Below the pieces are notes generated by a model. It had not been told where the DNA came from. It searched no databases and saw only the letters and a program-made list of their open reading frames with translations. A program made the translations under genes and the position numbers. DNA of 49,251 bases from Cyanobacteria bacterium J06626_4 (GTDB taxonomy: Bacteria > Cyanobacteriota > Cyanobacteriia > Phormidesmidales > Phormidesmidaceae). Shown here piece by piece: positions 29,743 through 38,935 of the stretch (position 1 is the stretch's first letter; every line of letters starts with the position of its first letter). The stretch lies in NCBI GenBank assembly GCA_038523235.1, contig JBCBJQ010000038.1, positions 1 through 49,251 of the forward strand, given 5' to 3'.

Positions 29743-30690
29743 CTAGTCAATCGTCAGCACCGCCTTGCCACTAAATCGCCGCGCGAGTAAATCGCTGGCG
29801 AGCCTGGAGGTTTCTGACCAGTCGGCGGTAGTAATCGCTGGTGCCTGCAGGCGATCGCTCTCAACGAGCCGCAGTAAACGGCTGAGGCCCACAGAGGATG
29901 GCTCCACTTCCACCTCGCTGTAAAGCGTGAGTCCATATAGCCGTCGCTGTCCCCCATTGCCATACAAATCGGCCAAATTGAGCGGTGTTTCAGAGCTCTG
30001 CGACCCACCGTAGGAAACTAGAGTGCCGCCCTTGGCGGTGACCGGCAGCAGAAAGCCGATCAGGTCACCACCCACCCCATCCACAATGAGTCGATACGGC
30101 CCTTCAGCCTCTAGTCCTTGTCCATCTGCGGTGACAACGACGGCATCAGCACCAAGGTCTCGGGCCAAAGCCACCTGTTCGGGACGGCGCACCTGGGCCA
30201 CCGCTTTGGCACCGCTCAGTTTAGCCAGCTGCAGGGCAAAGAAACCCACACCGCCAGTAACCCCCGTGATCAGCGCTGAGTGCCCCAGAATTCTGTCTCC
30301 TTTATCAACTGCCGCCAGGGCCGTGAGGCCAGCGACGGGCAGCGTTGCGGCCTGAGCATCAGAGACCCCGTCGGGAATGACGGCCAAATACTCGCGATCG
30401 CCAATTACGTATTCGGCAAAGGCATCCATCTGCGGTCGCCAGCCAACGACTCGGGTGCCTGGCGGCGGTCCCTGGCCATCGGCAGCCGGTGTATCAATCG
30501 TGCCCACATAATCCCAGCCGATGGTGCGGCCCTTGGCATTTGAGGACTGAGCAAAGTTGACTTCTCCTCGGTTGAGCGAAAAGGCCGTGACCTTTACCAG
30601 ACTTTGGTGGGGCAACGGTTGCGGCCGCTCTGTCTCTGAGGTTCCAATACCGCCGGGCTCGTCGGCGTTCATGATGAGGCGTTTCATCAT
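29743..30690 (-). CDS. MDR-family (quinone oxidoreductase-like) dehydrogenase
   Basis: SLNRGE, AATLPVAGLTA, ITGVTGGVG, GKAVL; no Zn-binding Cys ligands. Confidence 0.9.
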   Translation of the reverse strand: MMKRLIMNADEPGGIGTSETERPQPLPHQSLVKVTAFSLNRGEVNFAQSSNAKGRTIGWDYVGTIDTPAADGQGPPPGTRVVGWRPQMDAFAEYVIGDREYLAVIPDGVSDAQAATLPVAGLTALAAVDKGDRILGHSALITGVTGGVGFFALQLAKLSGAKAVAQVRRPEQVALARDLGADAVVVTADGQGLEAEGPYRLIVDGVGGDLIGFLLPVTAKGGTLVSYGGSQSSETPLNLADLYGNGGQRRLYGLTLYSEVEVEPSSVGLSRLLRLVESDRLQAPAITTADWSETSRLASDLLARRFSGKAVLTID

Positions 30691-30747
30691 TTCTCTCCTT
30701 AGGTTGGGTGGATGGCTAAAGAATGGCTGGCCGGGGTTGAGGGCAGG

Positions 30748-31239
30748 TTACGCAACTTCGATCCCCCGAATGATTGGCGGCGGTTCAAAGTTCTGCGGGT
30801 AGTGCATCCCGCGTTCCGCAATGAGATAGGTGGTTAAATCGAGGGTATGGTCAGCGACCCAAAAGCGGGTGACCTTACCCCCTTCGTGGGACAGAATAAA
30901 GTACTCAATGGAAGTGCCCTTGCGGCCCGTAGGGGCCAAACCGAAAAATTCCCCAACATGTTGCCAGACAAGGTTGACGGCAATCACGGCGTGGTTAACC
31001 CCATAAATTTCATCTACCAGATCGAGTCTAGGAGAGAACTTAGCTTGAAACTCAGCAGCCCAGGCCTTGAGCGGCTCAATCCCACGAGTCGGCTGGGAGC
31101 CCACGGTGCTACGGAGTTCCACATCCGCAGCAATCACGTCGTCCCAAAGCGCCAAGTTCCGTTCGTTAAAACCTTTGTAGATCAAGCGGCCAATCCGTTG
31201 AGATTGCGCAATTTCATCGAGCGTTGTTTGAGCATTCAT
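30748..31239 (-). CDS. SnoaL-like ester cyclase / NTF2-fold protein
   Basis: HVGEFFGLAPTGRK and GGKVTRFW. Confidence 0.85.
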   Translation of the reverse strand: MNAQTTLDEIAQSQRIGRLIYKGFNERNLALWDDVIAADVELRSTVGSQPTRGIEPLKAWAAEFQAKFSPRLDLVDEIYGVNHAVIAVNLVWQHVGEFFGLAPTGRKGTSIEYFILSHEGGKVTRFWVADHTLDLTTYLIAERGMHYPQNFEPPPIIRGIEVA

Positions 31240-31344
31240 GATTGATATCTCCTGAATAATGCGGGTTATGAACTGCTGGACGGCTAGTGATGTGTCAGCA
31301 CTTCAAGGCAATTTATCGATAAGCGGTCAGAGAACGAGTATCTT

Positions 31345-31989
31345 TTAGGCTGCAGCTAATTGCGAGACTTGAGCCAGTTGAGATCGCACTTCATCGGCAG
31401 TCAGTACTTGGTTCCAGATAGCACTGGGAGGATCAAGCGGCCGCGACTCTGCGAGGGTGCCTAAATCCACCGGGTCAAATCCGGCATCTTTAATCAACGT
31501 TGCCACAGCCGGTTTGTCGTCTGCATTACCCGCCAGGGCAACCGCGACTTGAGGATAGGGACGATGGGCATGTTGTTGCAGATAGCCTGTCCATAAAGTG
31601 GTGAATGCTTTCACGATGCGAGCATTTGGCAACTTGTCGGCCATCACTAACCCCGCGGTTTCGCGATCGCCAATCACGCGCTCCAGGTTGCCGCCGTCGG
31701 CGTAACGGAGGGGGTTGGTCGTATCAATCACGATTTTGTTTGTGACGTGCGGGGCCATCTGAGCCAAGGCAGCATCGACCGTCGCATAGTTAACCGCCAG
31801 GAGTAAAATGTCGCCCTCCATTGCCGCTTGAGCAACGGTTGCAACTTGGGCAGTGGGTCCCAGTTCCTGAATGATGGGCTGAAGCGTGTCGGGACGGCGC
31901 GAACTGAGAATCACCGAATGTCCTGCCTGTATCCATAGTTTTGCGAGGGTTTGTCCGACATCGCCAGCGCCGATAATACCAATTTTCAT
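31345..31989 (-). CDS. NADPH-dependent F420-reductase-like oxidoreductase
   Basis: MKIGIIGAGDVG, IDTTNP, VKAFTT, GFDPVDLG; GGAGG RBS before ATG 31989. Confidence 0.88.
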   Translation of the reverse strand: MKIGIIGAGDVGQTLAKLWIQAGHSVILSSRRPDTLQPIIQELGPTAQVATVAQAAMEGDILLLAVNYATVDAALAQMAPHVTNKIVIDTTNPLRYADGGNLERVIGDRETAGLVMADKLPNARIVKAFTTLWTGYLQQHAHRPYPQVAVALAGNADDKPAVATLIKDAGFDPVDLGTLAESRPLDPPSAIWNQVLTADEVRSQLAQVSQLAAA

Positions 31990-32098
31990 CACAGACCTCC
32001 TGATGATTTCTGAAGTGGGTGGGATGGGGTGTGCCACCCGTTTGTTTCTAAATTCAGAATAAGCAGGCTGTAGATTGAGAAAAATAGGGCTAAAGTGA

Positions 32099-32129
32099 AT
32101 TCATTATTTACCAAAAGTTAGTAATGAAT
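32099..32129. promoter_or_regulatory. Probable LysR operator (ATTCATTA-N15-TAATGAAT)
   Basis: 8-bp inverted repeat in the AT-rich divergent promoter just before lysR. Confidence 0.5.
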
Positions 32130-32142
32130 GGTTTGATGAGCG

Positions 32143-33072
32143 ATGAAAAGCTGGACTAACGTCACGACCTTTATTCAAGTGGCAGAATCCCAGAGCTTTG
32201 TGCAAGCGGCCAATGCCCTCGGGCTTTCACCGCCAGCCGTTAGCAAAGCCATTGCCAAGCTAGAAGCAGAACTCGGCGTCAGGCTGCTGCATCGCACCAC
32301 TCGCAGCGTCAGCTTGACGCCCGAAGGCGAACGGTTTTATGAAGGCGTGACGCCTTTGATGCAGCAAATGACGGCTCTGACGACTGAGCTGACGGAAAGC
32401 CTCAGCCAACCTCAGGGGCGCTTAAAAGTCAGTATGGGCGCTGCGTATGGACGCATCTGGGGCACTCGATTGATGCCCGCTTTTTTAAAGCAGTATCCTC
32501 AAATTGCAGTCGAGCTTTCTTTAAACGACCGCGATGTAGATCTGGCCGCAGAAGGCGTTGATGTGGCCCTGCGCATTGGCTCGTTGCCCGACAGCGCTAA
32601 TCTGATCGCGCGGCCGCTATGCACTGACCCGTTGATTACCTGTGCGACGCCTACCCATCTGGAGCAAGCCGGCTATCCTCATCATCCTGATGATTTAGCA
32701 CAGGGCAACTGCCTCAATTTTCGCAATCGCAAGACGGGACGACCCATGCCGTGGTTTTTTACGATTGACGGACAGGTCGAGCGCCGGCTGGTCAACGGGA
32801 ATCTGACGATTGATGATGGTGAAGCGGTGGGCAGAAGTGCGATCGCGGGTCTCGGGATCAGTCAAATGCCAGGGTATATGGCCGCAGCCGCCTTAGAACA
32901 GGGACTGCTGCAAGAAGTTTTGCAAGACTATCGCCCGCCTGAGGTGCCTATCACGGCCCTCTATCTAGAACGCCGCTTGGTTTCGCCTCGAATTCGAGCG
33001 TTTATCGACTTTATGGTGAAGCAAAAAGACCGATCAAACTTACAAAACATTGCAATAAACCCAATTCGCTAA
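32143..33072 (+). CDS. LysR-family transcriptional regulator (CrgA-like)
   Basis: SFVQAANALGLSPPAVSKAI..LE..LGVRLLHRTTR HTH; DVALRIG; SPRIRAFIDF. Confidence 0.96.
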   Translation: MKSWTNVTTFIQVAESQSFVQAANALGLSPPAVSKAIAKLEAELGVRLLHRTTRSVSLTPEGERFYEGVTPLMQQMTALTTELTESLSQPQGRLKVSMGAAYGRIWGTRLMPAFLKQYPQIAVELSLNDRDVDLAAEGVDVALRIGSLPDSANLIARPLCTDPLITCATPTHLEQAGYPHHPDDLAQGNCLNFRNRKTGRPMPWFFTIDGQVERRLVNGNLTIDDGEAVGRSAIAGLGISQMPGYMAAAALEQGLLQEVLQDYRPPEVPITALYLERRLVSPRIRAFIDFMVKQKDRSNLQNIAINPIR

Positions 33073-33098
33073 AGTTGGAAGATACATCAAACAAGTGT

Positions 33099-33124
33099 GC
33101 AGCCCGCTTCTACAAGAGGGCTGC
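33099..33124 (+). terminator. Hairpin after lysR
   Basis: gcagccc-N12-gggctgc; no U tail. Confidence 0.35.
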
Positions 33125-33360
33125 GACAGCGAGGGAGTCCTAATCTATAGCCGTTACTTTTCAGAACTGGCATAAAACCCATCACGGGGCGATCGCCTGC
33201 CTCTGCTGATAATCGGCCTGCAACTCTGAAGATTCACTGAGAAAGCGGGTGACTTTGGCTAAATTTTCTCGGGTAGAACTCTTAACTGCGCATCAGGGTA
33301 GCATCAGTCGCCTTGACGACGATAGGGGCTAGATGACTGAGACTAAAAGGAGCCCCGATC

Positions 33361-33861
33361 ATGCGATTCACCCTCATCACCTACAGCCTATTAGCTGCCG
33401 TGACGCCGGTTTTGGTTTTGCTCAGTAGCGGTTTGATTGCCGCGCCGCCTGACTCGCTGCAACCCCTGCAATCGATGTCCTTTGCTGAGACACTAATGGA
33501 TTCTGAACCCAAAACCCTGGTGAGAGCGGCAGGGCAAATCGCGATCGCGGCGGCCCCAGCGGCACCCGCCAGCATTGTGGAAGAAAACGGACAGCTTTTT
33601 TTAGAGTTTTATCATCCGCTTAATGCCGCTGCGCAAACGCCAAGTTTGGTGTTGATTTTAGACAGTGATGTGGAGCCTCATCAAGATTTTGGTCAGCCTA
33701 GCGATCGCCAGTTAACCATTGGTCAACTGGCTAAACAGTCAGGTCAGCATCGCTATTTGCTACCGACTGCGGTTGACGTTGATCGTTATCTTTCGGTAGT
33801 GATTTGGTGCCCTGAATTAAAGACCATTATGGGATACATGCCGATTTCGAGTCAGGTATGA
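33361..33861 (+). CDS. Exported DM13-domain protein
   Basis: Signal-like N-terminus; GQHRYLLP..VDVDRYLSVVIWC. Confidence 0.78.
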   Translation: MRFTLITYSLLAAVTPVLVLLSSGLIAAPPDSLQPLQSMSFAETLMDSEPKTLVRAAGQIAIAAAPAAPASIVEENGQLFLEFYHPLNAAAQTPSLVLILDSDVEPHQDFGQPSDRQLTIGQLAKQSGQHRYLLPTAVDVDRYLSVVIWCPELKTIMGYMPISSQV

Positions 33862-33881
33862 GCTTTCAATATGATAGTAGG

Positions 33882-33910
33882 AAAGCTCCAGTCGTAAAGA
33901 CTGGAGCTTT
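33882..33910 (+). terminator. Intrinsic terminator
   Basis: aaagctccagtc-gtaaa-gactggagcttt. Confidence 0.8.
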
Positions 33911-34069
33911 GGTGTGCAGATGGCTGACTAAAAGGAGCTCAACACACCAAGCTTGTTGACCAAAGTCATTTAAACAATCGGCTATTTTTTTGTAGCGCTT
34001 AACTGCGATCGCTCAACTCAATCAACTCGACCAGAGCCATAACATTGATGCCGCAAGTTTAAATCTTGG

Positions 34070-34101
34070 AAAAAACCAGGCTCTCTAAAGCAGAGAGCCT
34101 G
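34070..34101 (-). terminator. Intrinsic terminator of the precursor peptide gene
   Basis: caggctctct-N5-agagagcctg stem followed by a U-tract on the minus strand, about 45 bp after the stop. Confidence 0.75.
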
Positions 34102-34145
34102 TTCATCAAAGATGCAATAATCGAACTCTTGGAAACGACTTAGAT

Positions 34146-34424
34146 CTAGTCTTTGTCGAGATTTTCGCGACGCAGTTCGTCTAACGAAGAGGCATCTTTG
34201 TCGAGGTTTTCGCGACGCAATTGGTCAAAATTAACACCGCCGCTGACGCCCTGAAGCTGGTCATCCGAGATTGCATCTTTGTCGAGATTTTCGCGACGGA
34301 GCTGGTCAAAATCAACCGCATCTTTGTCGAGATTTTCACGACGGAGCTGGTCAAAATCAACACCCCCGCTCACGTTCTCGAGCTGCTCATCACTTACTAC
34401 ATCTTTCTTGATTTCTTCAGCCAT
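34146..34424 (-). CDS. Multi-core double-glycine-leader precursor peptide (bacteriocin/RiPP-like)
   Basis: AAGGAG RBS; leaders SDEQLENVSGG and SDDQLQGVSGG; four (V/S)xxD(Q/E)LRRENLDKD cores; adjacent C39 exporter. Confidence 0.9.
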   Translation of the reverse strand: MAEEIKKDVVSDEQLENVSGGVDFDQLRRENLDKDAVDFDQLRRENLDKDAISDDQLQGVSGGVNFDQLRRENLDKDASSLDELRRENLDKD

Positions 34425-34694
34425 TACAATAGCTCCTTCAGCTGTGTACAGTTCTCACAGTAAGGCGAAGCTGATCAGACGTGTGCCTGAAAAAATCATC
34501 TGTTTAAGGCCATTATTTTAGTCAGCGTAAACAAGAAAATACCGCCTCCTCAAGAAGTATTAAGGCATTGTTAAAAACATTTCTGATCATTAAGTTTGCT
34601 GACGCATTTTGCCAGAAAAAATCTGCTTTATGTTGGACAAAAGTATTGAGCTTATAAACCCTCCTATTATTAGGAGGTCGTATTTAAATCTTCT

Positions 34695-35744
34695 ATGGCA
34701 GACACCCTATTACAGGAGCTGAGTAACGCTGACTTAGACTGGCTAATCAGCACGGGTGAGCGATCTCGGCTAGCGTCAGGGCAGCCATTGCGATCGGCTC
34801 AGTTGAACGCAGATCTGATCTACGTGCTGATTGAGGGCAAGCTGGGGCTGAGTTTTGGTATTGATGGCTCGGCGGTGTCGACGTCAGAGAGCTTGATCGA
34901 TGAGCTGAGTCAGGGCGAAGTGGTGGGCATTGGCGCGCTCTTTGATCTGACTGAAATGACCAGTGTCAGCGCGCTCGAACCCTCTCTGGTGATGGCGTTG
35001 CCAGTGGCGAAAGTACAGCAAAAGCTGCGAGAAGATATCGCCTTTGCGGCCCATTTCTATCGAGCGATCGCGGTTATTCTGTCGAGTCGCCTGCGGCGCA
35101 TTTTTGAGCAGCCCAACCGGATTCAATTTTGGGGCGATCGCTCCACTAAAGAAGTATTGTCAATTTTTGGCGAGCTGCGCGACAGTGATGTCGACTGGCT
35201 GGCCTCCTTTGGTCATACGGCGGCGATCGCGGCTAATCAGGTGGTGCTGCGGGCAGCGCGGCCAGTCGATGCGCTGTACATCGTGCTGGATGGGCAAATG
35301 TGCATCTCGGCCCCACAGCGGGGTCGGTTTAACCCCCTGGTGCTTTGTTTTGGCGAGGCTGATGACAACGGACGTGACCAGCCTGCCTTTACGACCATCT
35401 CTAAAGGCGGTATGCCGGGAATTATCTCCTTTTTAGATTTTCGGCCCCTGCCAGTCACCATTCGCACGCTCAAAGATTCGCTCGTGTTTGCCGTGCCTCG
35501 ACAAAAATTAGTCACTAAACTGCAGGTCGATGACAGCTTTGCCTCCCGGTTTTACCGAGTCATTGCGATCGAGGTTTTAGAACTGCTGCAGGCCGTCAGT
35601 AGCCAACTCGTACATCCCGCCGCCGTGAATCAGGCCGCTGATGATGAGCGCTTGGATGAGGAACTCGACATGGCTGACCTGGAGCAACTGTCAGACGGGG
35701 CCAAGAAGTTTAACTGGATGCTGTCGCAGCTGGGAGTGACCTAG
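34695..35744 (+). CDS. Tandem cyclic-nucleotide-binding-domain protein of bacteriocin-type transport loci (TIGR03896-like)
   Basis: Two units EL.(N/D).D.DWL ... YVLIEG/YIVLDG ... FA.(H/R)FYR.IA; no HTH; GGAGG RBS. Confidence 0.85.
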   Translation: MADTLLQELSNADLDWLISTGERSRLASGQPLRSAQLNADLIYVLIEGKLGLSFGIDGSAVSTSESLIDELSQGEVVGIGALFDLTEMTSVSALEPSLVMALPVAKVQQKLREDIAFAAHFYRAIAVILSSRLRRIFEQPNRIQFWGDRSTKEVLSIFGELRDSDVDWLASFGHTAAIAANQVVLRAARPVDALYIVLDGQMCISAPQRGRFNPLVLCFGEADDNGRDQPAFTTISKGGMPGIISFLDFRPLPVTIRTLKDSLVFAVPRQKLVTKLQVDDSFASRFYRVIAIEVLELLQAVSSQLVHPAAVNQAADDERLDEELDMADLEQLSDGAKKFNWMLSQLGVT

Positions 35745-36335
35745 ATGGCTAAACAAGAGGCTAAAGATTCACAAACTCTGTTTCGCCAGAGTTCGCTCGA
35801 ACGGCTATCGTCACCCGAACGCCTCGACGAACTCATGACCCTCGTCAACCTTAAAAGCTGGCTGCCGTTGGGCACCATCGGCGTGCTGTTGGGGCTGGGG
35901 CTAATCTGGAGCCTGGTGGGGCGAGTGCCTGTCACGACGAGTGGTCGCGGGCTGCTCGTGCAAAGCGATCAGGGGGCAGGCAAGTTGGTGGCCCTGCTGT
36001 ATTTTGAAAATCGCTATCGTGGTCAGTTTCGCCCCGGCATGCCGGTGGTGCTCACGCCTGAAACGCTGCTGATCTACAACGAACCGGGCCTCAGTGCCGA
36101 GGTTGTCAAGGTGCTTGAGCCGCCAGCGCTCAGTCTCGAAGAAGCCCAACAGCTAGAAGCCGAAACCGAAACCGATGCTTCTCTGGGGCGGTTAGAGGTG
36201 CTGGCTGAGTTAGCACCGATGGATAGCGCCATGCCCCCCAATACCCTGCTCTCGGGGGTTGAAGTGCAGGGACGCATCACCCTCGAAGAGCGCGCCCCCA
36301 TTACCTTCATCTTTCCCTTTTTAAACCGGCCCTGA
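35745..36335 (+). CDS. Short NHLP-system secretion (HlyD-like) protein
   Basis: LFRQSSLERLSSPERLDELM, a TM segment, GRVPVTTSGRGLL, EERAPITFIFP; lacks the central coiled coil. Confidence 0.82.
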   Translation: MAKQEAKDSQTLFRQSSLERLSSPERLDELMTLVNLKSWLPLGTIGVLLGLGLIWSLVGRVPVTTSGRGLLVQSDQGAGKLVALLYFENRYRGQFRPGMPVVLTPETLLIYNEPGLSAEVVKVLEPPALSLEEAQQLEAETETDASLGRLEVLAELAPMDSAMPPNTLLSGVEVQGRITLEERAPITFIFPFLNRP

Positions 36336-36426
36336 GTTGGCTGGGGTTTGCCCCACGGCTGGGTCAGCCCGGCTAATAGCACCCTCTCCCGAGGGCTCCG
36401 CTGGCGTTTTATGAGTAGCCGAACTG

Positions 36427-38673
36427 ATGTTTATTTTCCCCAAAGCATTGACCCCATCGCCAACTAACCGGGTCAAAACGCCCACTGTCCTGCAGATGGA
36501 AGCGGTGGAATGCGGGGCGGCGGCGCTGGGCAAAATCTTGGGCTATTACGGTCGTCGGGTGCCGCTGGCGGAGCTGCGCCAGGTTTGTGGGGTATCGCGC
36601 GATGGCATCACGGCGGCCAACGTACTGAAGGCCGCGCGCAGCTATGGGTTAGCAGCCTCGGGCTACAAAAAAAGCCTGGAGCGGGTACTGCAATTGGCAC
36701 CACCATTTATCGTGTTTTGGCACTTTAACCACTTTTTGGTAGTGGATGGGTTTAACGCCAAGTGGGTCTATCTCAATGACCCGGCGACGGGGCCTCGGCG
36801 CGTCACCCATGCGGAATTTGATGAAGGGTATACCGGCATTGTGTTGGGGTTTGAACCGGGGGAAACCTTTAAGCCCGGCGGTCCCAAACTCAACTTGCTG
36901 AAAACCCTGTGGAGTCGTCTGCGCTCCTCGTCGGGGATCTTGCTGCTGGCGATCATCGCTGGCTTGTTCTTGGTGCTACCGGCGTTAGTCTTGCCCGCCC
37001 TGAGTCGAATTTTTGTCGATTCGGTTTTGGTGGGCGGGCGGCTAGAGTGGGTGCCCTATTTGCTGTTAGGTCTGCTGCTGGTGGCGATCGTGCGGGGCTG
37101 GCTGACGGCCCTGCAGCGACAGTATCTGCGATCGCTGCGGATTAAGCTGGCCGTCGGCATGACCAGTCGTTTTGTCTGGCACGTATTGCGGTTGCCCACC
37201 GGCTTTTATGCCCAGCGCTTTGCCGGGGAAATTGCCAGCCGTATTAGCTTGAATGACAGCGTGGCCGCTGTGCTCTCAGGTCGTTTAACCACGACGATGA
37301 TCAGCTTTGTGCTGGTACTGTTTTACGCGTTAGCCATGGCCCAGTATGACGCTTTGCTGACGGCGATCGTCGTCGGGTTTGCCGTGATCAACGTCGCCGT
37401 GCTGCAGTGGATTGGCCGTCAGCGCACCGATGCTAACCTGCGGCTCTCGCAGGAGTATGGCAAGGCGGCGGGGGTGGCGATCGCGGGTTTGCAAAATATG
37501 GAAACCCTCAAGGCGTCCGGCCTTGAATCTGACTTTTTTGCCCGTTGGGCCGGGTACTACACCAAATCGATCAACGCCCAGCAGGCCCTGGGCTTAACCA
37601 ATCAAGTGCTGGGTATTTTGCCATCGCTGCTGTCAGCACTGACTAACCTGGCGCTGCTGGCAGTGGGCGGTTGGCGCGTGATTAACGGTGAACTCAGCAT
37701 CGGTATGTTGGTGGCCTTTCAGCTCTTGATGGTGAGCTTTCAGCGACCGGTGAATAATTTGGTGCGGTTTGCCAGCACCCTACAAACCCTGCAGGGCAAT
37801 CTGCAGCGGCTGGATGACGTGCTCGCCAATGAGGTGGATGTGCAGCTACGGCGAGATCTTCCCCAGGCGGCCCCAAGCGCCCAGGCTGCCGCAATCGCAC
37901 CTAGTCCCGCAGCGCCTGCCGCCTCCGAGCCCCCGCTGTCCCATCGGTTGACGGGGGCGATCACGATCGAAAATTTGGCCTTTGGCTACCATCCCCTGTC
38001 GCCGCCGCTGATCGACAATCTCAATCTCACTATTCGACCGGGGCAGCGGGTAGCCTTTGTCGGCGGCAGTGGTTCTGGCAAATCAACTCTGGCCAAACTG
38101 ATTGCCGGACTCTATGAACCGCGATCGGGCGAAATCTATTTCGATGGGATACCCCGGTCGCAGGTGCCTCGGGACGTACTGACCAATTCTGTGGCGGTGG
38201 TCGAGCAAGATATTTTAGTGTTTGAGGGCGCGATTCGCGACAACCTGACCCTGTGGGATACGACCCTGCCGGAGGTCGATTTGCGCAAGGCCGCTCAGGA
38301 TGCCGCGATCGAAGACGTGATTTTATCGCAGCCCTATGGCTATGACGCCCAACTGTTGGAAGGCGCTTCTAACCTCAGCGGTGGACAGCGGCAGCGCTTA
38401 GAAATGGCTCGCGCCCTGGTGGGCAATCCCTCAATTTTGATTTTAGATGAGGCCACCAGCGCCCTCGACACCGAAACCGAAAAAATCATTGATCAAAACC
38501 TGCGCCGTCGGGGCTGTACCTGCATCATCGTGGCCCACCGTCTCAGCACCATTCGCGATTGTGATGAAATTTTGGTGCTCGATCGCGGCCAAGTCGTGCA
38601 GCGAGGCACCCACGAAAGCCTCTGGGCCGAAGGCGGATATTATGGTCGGCTGATTCAAAGCGAAAGCGGCTAG
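36427..38673 (+). CDS. NHLP-type ABC transporter with C39 peptidase domain (TIGR03796-like)
   Basis: QMEAVECGAAAL (catalytic Cys), HFLVV, NDPA; TMD; GGSGSGKS, LSGGQ, DEATS. Confidence 0.95.
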   Translation: MFIFPKALTPSPTNRVKTPTVLQMEAVECGAAALGKILGYYGRRVPLAELRQVCGVSRDGITAANVLKAARSYGLAASGYKKSLERVLQLAPPFIVFWHFNHFLVVDGFNAKWVYLNDPATGPRRVTHAEFDEGYTGIVLGFEPGETFKPGGPKLNLLKTLWSRLRSSSGILLLAIIAGLFLVLPALVLPALSRIFVDSVLVGGRLEWVPYLLLGLLLVAIVRGWLTALQRQYLRSLRIKLAVGMTSRFVWHVLRLPTGFYAQRFAGEIASRISLNDSVAAVLSGRLTTTMISFVLVLFYALAMAQYDALLTAIVVGFAVINVAVLQWIGRQRTDANLRLSQEYGKAAGVAIAGLQNMETLKASGLESDFFARWAGYYTKSINAQQALGLTNQVLGILPSLLSALTNLALLAVGGWRVINGELSIGMLVAFQLLMVSFQRPVNNLVRFASTLQTLQGNLQRLDDVLANEVDVQLRRDLPQAAPSAQAAAIAPSPAAPAASEPPLSHRLTGAITIENLAFGYHPLSPPLIDNLNLTIRPGQRVAFVGGSGSGKSTLAKLIAGLYEPRSGEIYFDGIPRSQVPRDVLTNSVAVVEQDILVFEGAIRDNLTLWDTTLPEVDLRKAAQDAAIEDVILSQPYGYDAQLLEGASNLSGGQRQRLEMARALVGNPSILILDEATSALDTETEKIIDQNLRRRGCTCIIVAHRLSTIRDCDEILVLDRGQVVQRGTHESLWAEGGYYGRLIQSESG

Positions 38674-38749
38674 TGATGGTGGGAGTGTTCAGGCTCCTGT
38701 GTCTGAGCCGACTGATTTTTTGGGGGTACTTGCAATTAGCATCGATAGC

Positions 38750-38789
38750 AGAATTCGGAATTTAGAAGTCGGAAGTCGGAGTTGAGAAG
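38750..38789. repeat. Heptamer tandem repeat (agaattc ggaattt agaagtc ggaagtc ggagttg)
   Basis: 7-bp periodicity in the gap between the two ABC genes; STRR-like. Confidence 0.55.
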
Positions 38790-38935
38790 CCTATCAGATG
38801 CTGATTTCAGACCTCTAGAGTGACCTGACCAAGCTGCGGCTTCCATAAACCAAAAATCAGAACGTCTCAACCTCTGTGAATCCCGTTACTGTCACCGCCT
38901 CCCCTACATCCCTACCCTCCACCCCCTACTCCCCA

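Noticed and set aside
33982..34040. MALVELIELSD.. mini-ORF resembling a second leader peptide
   Set aside because: Needs a frameshift, has no GG and no RBS, and lies beyond the terminator
34146..34424. CRISPR array or non-coding tandem repeat
   Set aside because: The 45-bp units are in frame, vary synonymously and lack unique spacers; no cas genes
34146..34424. Graspetide (Lys-Asp/Glu cross-linked) assignment
   Set aside because: No ATP-grasp ligase in the window and no recognisable graspetide core motif; action in trans cannot be excluded
34443..34459. CRP-like site TGTGT-N7-TCACA before the precursor
   Set aside because: The spacer is 7 rather than 6, and the neighbouring cNMP protein has no DNA-binding domain
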